NCBI RefSeq assembly: GCF_006345805.1
Contig: NC_042998.1
Span: forward strand, 155,558,001 to 155,622,000
Length of the DNA: 64,000 nucleotides
Direction of reading: 5' to 3'
Source of the DNA: Octopus sinensis
Lineage: Eukaryota
How positions within the stretch are numbered: position 1 is the stretch's first letter; each line of letters opens with the position of its first letter. The notes under the pieces were generated by a model that saw only the letters and a program-made list of their open reading frames with translations, made no database searches and was not told the DNA's origin. Position numbers and translations under genes: made by a program. Positions 49,251 to 60,600 of the stretch are shown piece after piece.

Positions 49251-50830
49251 GCATTTTACTCACTCTTATATGACTTCCTTGTATTGCTGTGAAATAATGT
49301 GAAATATAAAAAGGTTTGGAAAAATGGGGAAGAGGGATTGAAATTCGGATATGCTGTTTTTTGTTTATTTTTCTTTGGCAAAATTGTAATCTCCATTGTC
49401 AAATGCAAGAAAACAAATGTGGTGTGTGCATGTTCGACATCTCAGATTTGGCTGTAATTTCTTGCTTGTGGAGAGACCACATCAAGCTCTTTTCATGCGC
49501 TGGTTGGAAATCACTCAAGCATGTGAAAATGAGCAAACGAGTTTCAGAGCATTCAGAATATTGGTATGAATGTATATGGATGGGGGAGGAGTGTAGTTTT
49601 ATCAAAAAATAGTAATTTTAGAAAAAAATTTTTTTCCGAAATATAATTGCATGTTTAGACTTAAATACTCAGAAATCGGCTCCAGGCATAAGTCTCTAAT
49701 GATTGGTCATGTGACTAGTCATGTGACACAGAAATACTTTTAGATTGGTCTAGTTTTATGTGGGTTATGAAATGCATATCTAATTGTGTTGCAAAATAAA
49801 CCACCAGATGCAACAAATTAAAAATGTTAGCCTCATTTTGTCAATAAATAATATGAAATTTTTCATTTTCACCATGAGGCGAGAGAGAGCATGGAGAGGG
49901 GAGACTTTCAGGAAGCCATGTCACATTATTTTTGTACCTGTTGAAGCATGTGTAACCAAGTTTGACTGAGATGAAAAGCCATCTATGAATGATTTTCTAC
50001 AGTTCACATTTTCTTTGTGACACATTTATCTGGTCTGTTGTGTAATTTTATTTAACTGAAGAATAAAGTACCACTGTTAATTGGAAGCTTGTTTTTGGTT
50101 TGTATTAAAAGGCCCAGCGAAATGACCTTCCAGCTAAATAATTTTTGTAATTTTCTACATGCAAGTCAAAAAAAATTTTTCTGAAAAAAAGTGGGAAACG
50201 AAAAAATGGTGGGGTTGTAGGCAATTTAAATTTTGAAATTCTGATATTTTGGCATAACCATAGCCTATTGTTAAAAACGTCAGACTCCGTAGAAAATTTT
50301 TTTAGTAAATCAAAAGGTTATGGAGTGCATATCCTACACCTCCTCCAATTAAAGTTTATATCCATGAAGGTTGTCTTTGAGGTAGATGTCTTTAATTTAC
50401 ATAACACTAACTAGGTCTGCTTCCAGCAAAGAATAAAACTACTGTGGCACCAGTTTTGTCATTTTAGACATGGTGTAGTTTAAAGAAAATTTAGCTGTTA
50501 TTTCTTACCTATTGAGACATTATGTAAAGGTTTCATGTGTGCAATTCTCATGGGGCCAAGCAATCATGATTTCTGGTCTGTCTCATGATGGAGCCTTCCA
50601 ATTGGCTAAAATCACATAATTTTAAATACTTGTAGCTTCTTTATTATTAATTTCTGGAAAACTACATCACAACTACATTTTTTAAAATAATCTTGCGAAA
50701 ATTTGATAAGAAAGAAATTTAATAAGGCCTATTATTTGTAGCAGGCTCAGTAATCAAATAAAAAATTCCCACATTATGTATGTTGGCTGTTGATCAATGA
50801 CAAAGAAAATGACTTTTCAACAAGCAAAGC

Positions 50831-51112
50831 AGCTAGTTCTAAAATCTCTATAAGAAATGCAAGTAGTAACTCGACTGAAAAGTTATGTTTGTTGCCACTT
50901 CAACAATGGCTGTTCTACACGGAACGACATTATTACTCATTTTTAACCCCAGGAGAATGCCTCCTCCAGCTGGTTAACAATGCAGCCATGTTGAAGTGGC
51001 AACAAACATTACTTTTCAGTAGAGTTACTACTTGCATCCCTTATAGAGATTTTAGAACCAGCTACTGAATGTTGCTTATTTTTCTAAATATTGTGCAATG
51101 GGGTGAATGACT
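50831..51112. repeat. Left part of the hammerhead-repeat family: 82-bp inverted arms plus the segment normally upstream of the ribozyme
   Basis: 50831-50912 is inverted to 50983-51063 (~6 differences); 51064-51112 aligns without gaps to 59201-59249 (36/49). Confidence 0.85.
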
Positions 51113-52756
51113 GCAGACTCGTCTTTACCGGTGTTATTGTGCTTGATTTCACTCGTGTGTGAGTTATTGTTTTATTACATTGAATTACTGAATTGTTGAA
51201 TATTGTGATTATCTGTGTTTGTGAAAATTTATAGGTAAAGCTGTGAACAATGGTGTTATGGATACATAAGTACAAACAGGCAGTTATGCTGTGGTGATGG
51301 GCAAAAGCCTGTCAGTGGAGCTACTGCAGATATGTGAATTGGAAGTCAAGGTCAGGGACTTCAAGAAGTATAACACCTTATTGAAAGAGGAGGGAGGATG
51401 TCTAAGGCTGACACCCTCAAAAGAAGTGACTGAGAATGCAGAAAGGAAAAACCATCACATATAGAACATTGAATATAGCAACAAAGAAGGTGGAGATAGC
51501 AACCGTAGAAGTGGTTGAGGAATGCTTAAAAGAGATAAAGGAGATAACCATATTCTATACCAGAGGATGAAAGTTTGGCACAGTGGAGGTACACTTCGTC
51601 AATGAGAATGAAGCTAAAAAATACTCCACCATAGCCTTGAAATCGGCGGAGTGAGCACTGTTACCTACTTACTGTGGCAAACATACAGCCAGAGTAAGGA
51701 TAGGGAGAGTGCCTCCTGAAATTGACGAGGCATGGCTTGTGGTAGCCATACTCTACAATACAGAAGAAGACACGGAAGTCCTGAAAATGTCAAAGACTGT
51801 GGAAGTCAATTGGTGGGGATATGGACTAGAGGTAATGGTCCAAATCAGCTTACCAGACCCCCATAAGATTGTTGAAGAACTCGTTTTACCAGACGAAACC
51901 AGACTGAGAATTATAGTGGAAGGTAGACCTCCAATATGTTTTGCATGTGGAGTAAGGGGTCACATGTAAGTCAAGTGTCCCCAGAAACACAAACAGGGGG
52001 AGGCAGAGAAGGAGAGTCGGGAAGAAGAGATCGTAATGGCGGAGGAGGGAAAGGAGTTTACAGTTGTAGAAAGGAAGAGAAAAAACAGCAAATCTCCACC
52101 AAAAAAGAATGGGAAGGTGGAGGAAAATAAGAATGAAAAAAGAAAAAATGAGGTATCAACAGGAGATCAAACGCAAAGACCAGAGCCTTCAACTAGTAAG
52201 GAGAAGGAAAGAGGGAAGAAGAGACTAGAAAGTGAGAAAGAGGAACAAGTAGAGATAGAAATACCAACAACAGAGGCAGAGAGTGAGGTAATACAGTCGA
52301 GAAAGCCACCAAAGGGGAGATACAAAAAAGTTATGGTTGCATACAAAAAGAGCATGGAATTGCAAAGATGAAAGGCATTATAAGAATTAAGCTGGCCGAA
52401 AAGGTGGGGAAACAAAATGAGAAAGCAGTGCTGCTGGAAGATGAGAGAGCAGGTAGATTGAGAGAAATATTCAAAGACAGGATACAAATAACAGCATTAC
52501 GATTTAGATATGAACTACCATCAGTGATAAAGTTCGAGGAGTTAATAGAATTTTTGGTGTAAACATGATACAAACTGGAAAAATAATTATTTATGTAAAA
52601 ACAGTAAAATGGAACTTCCCACTTTGTAGGTAGGAAAGCCATTTCATTCTCATTATTTTCACAATTCATAATTCATCCACTAATTGTTTGTATGTACCCC
52701 ATGTCCTGTGGTGTCCTTTCTAAATTCAGGCTTTATTCCTATAATAAAGAAAACAT
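51113..52756 (+). mobile_element. ORF1-only Tx1-like non-autonomous LINE (HAL1-like organisation)
   Basis: T-rich 5' UTR, then a decayed ORF1 (~51258-52562: SYAVV, ELEVK, RPPICFACGVRGH..KC CCHC knuckle, K/E-rich tail), then directly a 3' UTR ending ATAATAAAGAAAACAT. No EN or RT. Confidence 0.7.
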
Positions 52757-52761
52757 CTCTA

Positions 52762-55700
52762 GCAGACTCTTTTTTTGCGTCATGAGTGACATTTTGCTAC
52801 TAAACGTTATGTGAGTTCATTCTCGTCTGTTTTGTATGTCACTTTTGTGTTGTATTTTGAATACTTGTTGTTATTTGAACTGTTGTACATCGAAAAACAG
52901 TAATTTTCACCCTACAGGGCAGAAAATTCTGTTGAATTTTCTGTTGGATTATTATTTTGAAAAATAAATAACTTATTATTGAACTGTTTGTTATAATCAT
53001 TACTGGCTTAATCTTTTTGAATTTGTCATTTGTGACAAAGATTTAAAAAAAAATAAAGTTTTTGTGATGGAATTCAACATTGCATCCTGAAAGGATTTCC
53101 CTGTCATGGGAAAAGGATTAACAAGTAATGATGAGGAAACACAGGAAAAACAAAGTTTTTCAGCTGCAGTGGGTGGTGACATGACTGAGTTAGAAGTTAA
53201 AATGGAACAACTGTTCAAGTTCCGAAATTTGATTTAAAAACGTGGCAGCGACACTAAACTGTTGCTGCCTCCTGAAATGGTACAAGCAATTAATGCTAGA
53301 ACTGTGGTATATAAAAATCTACAACTTGAAGGAAAAGCGAATTATGGAAGCCAAGAACAAAGTGGTGGAATGGTGCATGGCACCAATATGGAATCGGGTA
53401 TGCTACGTTAGCTGTGGAACGCGAAGTATGACTGTCAAAGCACAGTAACAAATGGCTAACGTAGCCAAGGAGGTGTCAACAAGGGCACTAAAGAACAAGG
53501 AGATAATGCTGCTACTCACATACTCGAGACGCAGAACTGTAAAAATTATGGTTGAAGAAATCCCAGCAGGACTTGAAGTTATGTGGGTAGCAGCAGCTGT
53601 GATTTACGACGTAGAAGAGGAGGTGTCAATCTAACAGATGGAAAAAAAGATGCAATAAACTGGAAAGGCCAGACACTAGAAATGGTAGTCTTAGCTGCGA
53701 ATGAAACACTAGAGTATTTGTAGGGAAGGGGCTATCAATGCGAGGAACTGGAGGGACGTAGGCCCCAATGCTTCAAGTGTGGAGAAAAGAGCCACGTTTG
53801 CTCCAAGTGCACTAAAAAGAAAAAAGCTAATGAGGCCCCTCCCCAAAAAGCTGCAAAGGAGATGAAAGAAAAAACAGACAAACCGGAAAATGCTTCAAAG
53901 AAGGAAGGAAAAGTAGCTGAGAAGAAAGACACAACTGAAGAATTGGATTTTACCACAGTCACGCATAAACAAAAAAAGACACATGCCCCTGACTCCCCTA
54001 CAATAAAAAAAATCAACAAAGTATGCAACAAACACACACAACAAAACTCCCCAACCCAACCCCATGGTAAAAATCATTTATCAACCACCCCCCAAAACAC
54101 GAAAAATCAGTGGCCTTTAGAGAGAAAAATGAAGTGATGTCTAAAATAATTAGATCACACCATAAGGCATGTGTGTACAAAATATTGAAATACACACCGA
54201 CAGGCATTAGATTTCATTAGATGAAAGCCTATTGACAGACCTGAAAGCGCGTTACCCAGACAATATATGAGATGTCAGCACTGAAGTGGCAAAGGGAAAA
54301 TTAATTGTAAGCCTGGCAGCCATACCAACAAATAGCCTAGTGGCTACACCAATGAAAAGCCCAGCGGCTTCACCAGTAAAAGAAAAGGATGGGGAGGCAG
54401 GTGAATTTGTGCAACCCCTCCCCAAATTTAAATTGTAAGTAATTCCTTTCTATAAAATTCATCATGTTGATTAAGCTAGGGTGCATAAATGTGTGTGGCC
54501 TGGGGTTGAAATGGAAACAAGCTTGTTTCCTGAACGACTTAAGGTCATGAGGTATAGATGTGGCCATTGTAACTGAGTCCAAGATGAGTGAACCACAAGC
54601 ATTCTTGCCTCTTCTGAATGGCTGTGAGAAGTTTATTTCTCCTAACCGATGAGGAGGATGGGGCACAGTGGTCCTACTCAGGAAGACCTTGGACTTACAG
54701 GTAAGTACAGTCTTTATGGACCTAGAAGGTTGGTAGCTGTCTATGCTCCTTAGGAGTGTAGATAGTCTGGTTTTTATCGAGACCGAGAGCACTTTCTAGT
54801 GACATCAAAAATGGTAGTTCTGTTAGGAGACTTTAACACTATCCTTGATGCACGGGCGGATAGTGTTGGCTCAACTGATAGGAGGGGAAATCCTGGCCTC
54901 AAGGGTTTACTAGAAAACTATAATCTAGTAGACTGGATGAGCCGAGCATTCCACAGTGGACGTGGAGTAATAACGACTGCTCACGCAGATCTCATAGATA
55001 GGATATTCGTTAGAGATAGAGATAAGGATACTTTTAGTCGTCCACAATTTTGCATTGTCCCTAACACAGATCACAAATTTGTGACATGCGAGGTACATAT
55101 AGATAAATGTCATAGACAGGGACCCGGGTACTGGAAGATGAACAAATCTATTTTGACTTGTGAAGTTTTCAGTGCCTAGATTAAGGATTTAGTACAGAGG
55201 GCATTATGTGGCACCATCATTAATAATAGATGGTGGCACAGTCTCAAGAAAGCCATTCATTTAGAGTCTATTAGATTTAACAATCATCTGATTGCTAAAT
55301 CTAATAGAATTCAGATGAGGCTATGGAATCTGGCTCTGCAGCTGGAGTACTGGTGGTGAGAACAGTCTTGTACTGTCACCTCAAAGCCAAAAACAAAGGC
55401 TGCAGAGTTAGAGCTAAGCTATGTGCAGTGGGCCGAGACGGTATTAACATTGCCAGATGGGCCCATCATGCGGAGTGTCAGAAGGGCAAAAAAGCCTCTA
55501 TAAAACTAATGAACAGGGGTACAAGATCTATGGACAGGATGAGATGCAAAAGGCATTTCACCTGGTTGTTTTGGCAGAGCGATGTGCTAGAGCATGGGGA
55601 GTCCCTAAAGGGCTTCCTCATCGGTGGGCTGCGACTCTTGGCACGTGAGGCAGAATGATGTGAAGGATCGATTACACGTGGAGGTCAAAGAGGTGTTGGC

Positions 55701-57886
55701 TGAGTGCGCCAGGGACAAGTTGCCAGGGCTGGATGGGCTACCCTATGAGTTTTATTGTAGCATGCCGGACTTGTTCAGGGCCTGCTGGCAAGTGTCTACA
55801 CAAATTAGCAACAGAATGGGAAGATTCCCTGCTCTGTGAATCGGGGAGTGGTGATACTGATCCAAAAGGACCCAAGCAAGGAGGACATTCTAAGTAATTA
55901 CAGGCCCATAACTCTACTCTATGTAGAGTTAAAGATTTTGGCCAAGGTGTTAGCAAAAAGGTTGACGTGTTCTGGAGAAGCTTGTCGGGAAGGCACAGAC
56001 ATGCACCATTCCAGGTAGGTCGAACCAGGATAATCTTCACCTTATACACTACACCTTAGACTGGTTGGGTAAATTAACTGCCAAAGGTGGGATACTAGTC
56101 TATTTAGACCAAAGTAAAGTGTCTGATAGGGTAGACAACCAGTACTTAGCAGCAGTCCTCGAAGTGGCTGAGCTGGGCCTGGACTTCCGAAGGTTGATCT
56201 CCACAATGTATAGCAGCATCAAATCTACCATTCAGATTAACAGCTACCTGTCAGAGCCATTTTCAATCAAATGCTCAGTTCGTCAAGAGTGTTCCCTGTC
56301 TCTGCTGCTGTACGTGTTGGCTCTTGAGCCATAACTGTGGTAGTTGGAGAATTTGGGGTGCATCCCCAATGAAATCAGATGTGGTAAGTCAATCTCTGCT
56401 TATGCAGTTGACGTCACCATCATTGTGTCCAATGAAGCTCAGCTACCTTCTGTGGAGGACGCTATCAAAGGATATGGGTCAGGGGCAAAAGTTAACAAGG
56501 ACAAGTTCATTGGCTTGCGCCACGGCACCTGGAGGAGCAAGTTGATACCGTCCAGTGTTGTGGGTCACTGGACAGATGGTCCTGTTATGTTGCTTGGAGT
56601 TGGGTTTGGACCAGTCTCCCAGATGGAGAAGAATTGAAGTGAGGTGGCAGACAGGGTGGAAGCCCTAGTCCGGACAGGCTCTGTCCCCGAAAGGAAGGGT
56701 AGAGGTGGTACAGGTGTTTATTGCATCTGTAATCACCTACCACCTAACCTGACTCGTGGCTAAACAAGCTGGAATGCCTCCTTTTCTTATTGTGGAAAGG
56801 AGGAAAGCCACTTGTGAGGTGCTCCATCTGCTGCCAGGAACTGTTAAAGGTTGGGTTAGGGATGCCCTGGTTAATGATGCACAGACATGCATTGAGGCTG
56901 AGACATCTCTGGTGCTACCTGGAAAGTAACACGGTTTGGAATCCACTGGCGGACGAATTTTTCCCGCAACCAGCCTCTTTGGAGAGATTCAAACCCAATT
57001 TTATTAAAAGACGTAATCTGACAGAATGCCAAAAGGAGTGTTAACAGGCACTTGTGCTTATCCACAAGATGGGTAAGGCTGGCTGTGGGAATACCACCTC
57101 AGTTTGGTACAAAGGGTTGGTAGAGAGTAAAAATGATGACATCCTAGGAGGGGCGCTGGGGTCAAATGGGAACTAACTTGCCAACTTGTTTCAAAAAACT
57201 TTCAGGCCAAGGTATTTGGATAATTACCAAAAATCCCTGTTCGCAAGAAGTAATCTAGGCACAGAATGTCAGTGCCACTGACATGTCCAAGATGTGGGCT
57301 GGACGAGGAAACCATCCAGCATGCTTTTGTACAATGTTGGGAGCTGTCAAGCTTGATAATTTACGTAGAACACATGTTGTCACATCTGGGGAGAGTACGG
57401 CTATCAGCTGAGTCTATAATAAAGATTGTGCTGCCAACTGGACTCTCAAAGGAAGGTGAGGCATGTTTTCTCTGTACAGTTGCAGTGTTGAAAGAGTGAA
57501 TGCAAGGATTCATGATGGGATCCTTCATCTCTGGCCCTGGTTTGCTACTTTACTTCAGATACTATCTGAAAAGCAAGATAGGGTTGGAAAGGAGAATCCT
57601 GTCATGAAGTGTGTTCGAGAAACGATGAGCTGTGATGAGAAAGGTGGGTGTTAGTAACCCAACTTAATCAGCATTAGAAAAAGAAAGGATAGCCGCTGAG
57701 CCTTTCAGGCTGCCGAGTGTATCCCCTCTTTGAAATAAAAAAAAAAGTCAACGTATATTGTATATATATATTTTATAATCAATTTTTAAAATGTATGGCA
57801 CATTCGAACTCATTATTACATTATTTTTGTTTGTATTGTCCTGTCCCTTCTGTATTCGATACATATTCTCATAATAAAAAAATCAA
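52762..57886 (+). mobile_element. Tx1-clade (L1 group) LINE, near full length, degenerate
   Basis: ORF1 from ~53106 (SFSAAV, ELEVK, RPQCFKCGEKSHVCSKC). ORF2 from 54464: INVCGL, LLGDFNTIL, IDRIFV, TDHKFV, GPGYWKMN, PGLDGLPYEFY, NYRPITLL, AYAVDVT, CPRCG..ETIQHAFVQC. The 3' UTR ends ATAATAAAAAAATCAA. Confidence 0.9.
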
Positions 57887-58110
57887 CTCTAGCAGACAAG
57901 CATCCAGTACTGAGGAAGGGCAAATACCCTGAAACCAGGCTGGTCTACTGGCCCTGTTAAATTGCTAGATGGTAGGGGTTTGCTCTACTGCTCACAATAT
58001 ATTGGATACAGGTTGTATCATTAACCAGCTGGAGGAAGTGTTCTCCTGGGATTAATAAAGAGTAGTAACATCATTCCATATGGAACAGCCTTGCTGAAGT
58101 GAAATGACTT
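57887..58110 (+). repeat. Right part of the interrupted hammerhead-repeat monomer
   Basis: The post-ribozyme segment CCTGTTAAATTGCTAGA..GTAGGGGTTTGCTC...GGAACAGCC is colinear with 59306-59448. Confidence 0.85.
57904..57951 (+). ncRNA. Type I hammerhead ribozyme (complete core)
   Basis: Stem I CCAGTA/TACTGG; core CTGAGGA; stem II AGGG-CAAATA-CCCT; GAAA; stem III CCA-GGC-TGG; cleavage triplet GTC with predicted cut after 57945. Confidence 0.88.
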
Positions 58111-58519
58111 TTATAATACAGGAATTTCCCATGCTACAGGGGCTAGGTGTTTCTGCAAATCTTACAATGTGAAATTCTATTGTATACATAAAAACATTTA
58201 AAGAGAAATGCATTAAGGATTAAGAATTATAATAGAGAATATTGAGGGATGGTGATAGATAGAATGAGAAATACTGGAAGGATGAGTGACACTATCTTCC
58301 ATCTTAGAGTTCATAACCAACAATTGTTGTTTGTGGTGTATCATTTCTGTATAGCACAGTGTAGGAACTGAGCTCATTGTAAACTTCTCTTGTAATTTTT
58401 ATGTTACATTCACTATTATGGTTGTTATCAGCAAGGGACAGCAGACCTTCCTTTGTAAGTGGAAATCCTATAGCAGTAACCTATACAATTTAAGTTGAGG
58501 TGTTGGGGAGATTTCTGTA

Positions 58520-59100
58520 ATTTCAACTTGCTCTTGTTCTAATAACATCAGTTCCTGATCAGATAAACTTTCTCTGTGGGTCACTACTAACTCAGCCACC
58601 TTGTCCTCAGTGACTTCATTTGCAGGTGTCACAATATCTTAATGAATTTGATTTAGCCTTTCTGCTCATGGAAAACTTGTAAAGTCATGGATATAATCTG
58701 ACCAAATGCTTTTCTAAGTGCCATTCAAAGTTGAGGGTTTCAATTCATCTCATCAGTCGGCTGTTATCCGCAGTCAATTATGTTGGACTTATTCCAGGTC
58801 TCTAATTGCAGATTTATCCTCCTGGTCAATTGCTTTAATAAGTTGTTAGGAAGTTTTCAGATATGTCTTGAAGTTGCTATTACACTTTGATCCATTGACT
58901 AGAGCAAAGCTGTTGTATTCTTGGGAATATATTCTCCTCTCACATTATCAGAAAGTTCATTTCAATTCACTAAATGTTTTGGTGCATTATCTAAAAGGAG
59001 TAATGCTTTGTTGGAAATATGTCTGGCATTGTACTTTTCAATAGCAAGACCAAAAAAAAAAATGCTTTTAAACCATTCTTTGAAAAGGCTCTTCATAATA
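58520..59100 (-). mobile_element. pogo/Tigger DDE transposase remnant
   Basis: F.EWFKSIF, KALLLLDNAPKH, YIPKNTTALL*SMDQSVIA. Confidence 0.8.
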
Positions 59101-59102
59101 AT

Positions 59103-59510
59103 ATTTGCTGCCACTTCAACATGGCTGTTCCATATGAACCAATGTTACTACCATTTTTAACCCCAAGAGGAAGCTTCCTCTAGCTGTTGCAAGATTAGTG
59201 ACTGATTGTCACTTATTTTTCTATATGCTGTGATCTGGAATGAACTACTACTATCTCTAGCACTAAGGATGGGCAAAAACAGCCCGAAACTGGATGATCT
59301 GCTAGTCCTGTCAAATTGCTAGAAGATAGTAGGGGTTTGCTCCCTTGCTTGCAACATATATCAGGTGCAGATTGCATCAATAAACAACTAGAGGAAGCTT
59401 CCTCTTGGGTTAAAAATTATAGTAATGTCAGTTTGTATGGAACAGCCATGTTAAAGCAGCAACAAACTTTAATTCTCAGTATAATTACTACTTTTATGGA
59501 GATTTTCTAA
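59103..59510 (+). repeat. Uninterrupted hammerhead-repeat monomer preceded by an inverted partial copy
   Basis: 59103-59187 is inverted to 59384-59466; 59201-59510 is colinear with the split monomer at 51064-51112 + 57887-58110. Confidence 0.85.
59257..59305 (+). ncRNA. Degenerate type I hammerhead ribozyme
   Basis: Stem I CTAGCA/TGCTAG, core CTAAGGA (G5>A), stem II GGGC/GCCC, GAAA, disrupted stem III, ATC triplet. Confidence 0.7.
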
Positions 59511-60499
59511 GCTCTTAGTTATCTTACTGGGAAACAAGTGAGAGTCAGAACCGGGAAGGACATACAACAATAGAAAATTGTCTTGTCTTACTGAAGTTTC
59601 ATCTGATCCATGCAAGCATGGAAACATAGACTTTAAAACTATGATGATGATGATAAAGATGATATATATTGACTTAAATCTCTTGACTTCTGACTATCAC
59701 AATTAAGCCCATTCATTAAGATGGGCTTAAAATTTTGTGATTCAGTTGTAACTCAACTGATGTGTTTATCTTCAATATTTTCAAGATATACCAAGTTCAT
59801 ACAATGAAAGCTTTTAACTTGAGTTTTCAGCTCAGTGATAGTGAATAGAAACAACACTGTTAAAACTCATCCTGGATCCACTCCAGGCATAAATGAAAGC
59901 ACTTAACATCAATGACATTCCTTAAGTTCTGTCTTCATGATTTTCAGATGAGAAAAAAATCAAACTTTTACAATACCCAATTTTAGAAATCATTAAGTTC
60001 CGTTGTGCATAACTTCAGGCTGTGAAACATCATAGTATAATAATGTGTAACAGCATAATAAAGCACACAGTTATGCAAAATGTTTTTGTGTGTATATCCA
60101 AACAAATTATCAATCCTATGGTATCAAGGATCAGCTTCAAATACTGTTAAATGTAATGTAACTGATCTTGGAGATCTGCTAGCTCGTGTGATATATGCCT
60201 GGTTTGTGGTAACTGCTGAAACTATAATACAGTTTAGCTATTGTTAATCCAGCTACTGATATCCTGGATCCACTGCTAAATCTGATATAATTTCCAATTT
60301 GGCATGCTGAACTGCTACTGATATTTTGATGGTGTTTGTTGCAGCATCTGCTTTTGGTGCTAACCCATGGATATTGGCAAGCTATTCCAACTTGTTTTCT
60401 CGCATTTATGATAAACCTATTCAAGAGTGGTGTACTAGCAGAATCATTAAGCTGTTAGGAAAAGGCATTGCAACATTTGTTCCAAACTTTTACATTCTC

Positions 60500-60600
60500 A
60501 TTTCAAATCTCATTGAGGTCAACTTAGCCTTTCATCCTTTTGGAGTCAGTAAAGTAAAGTATCATTCAAGTACTGGAGTCGATTTAAGTGACTAAGCCTT
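60500..60600 (-). mobile_element. Nin/Deu-domain SINE fragment
   Basis: Reverse strand reads ATCGACTCCAGTAC...AAAAGGATGAAAGGCTAAGTTGACCT. Confidence 0.65.

Noticed and set aside
57733-57746. AATAAAAAAAAAA as the 3' end of the Tx1 element
   Set aside because: The sequence to 57886 matches the 3' UTR end of the upstream element, so the real end is more likely at 57886.
60121-60595. ORFs 60179-60424 and 60326-60595 as host exons
   Set aside because: No recognisable domain or splice signals; the distal part overlaps a SINE fragment.
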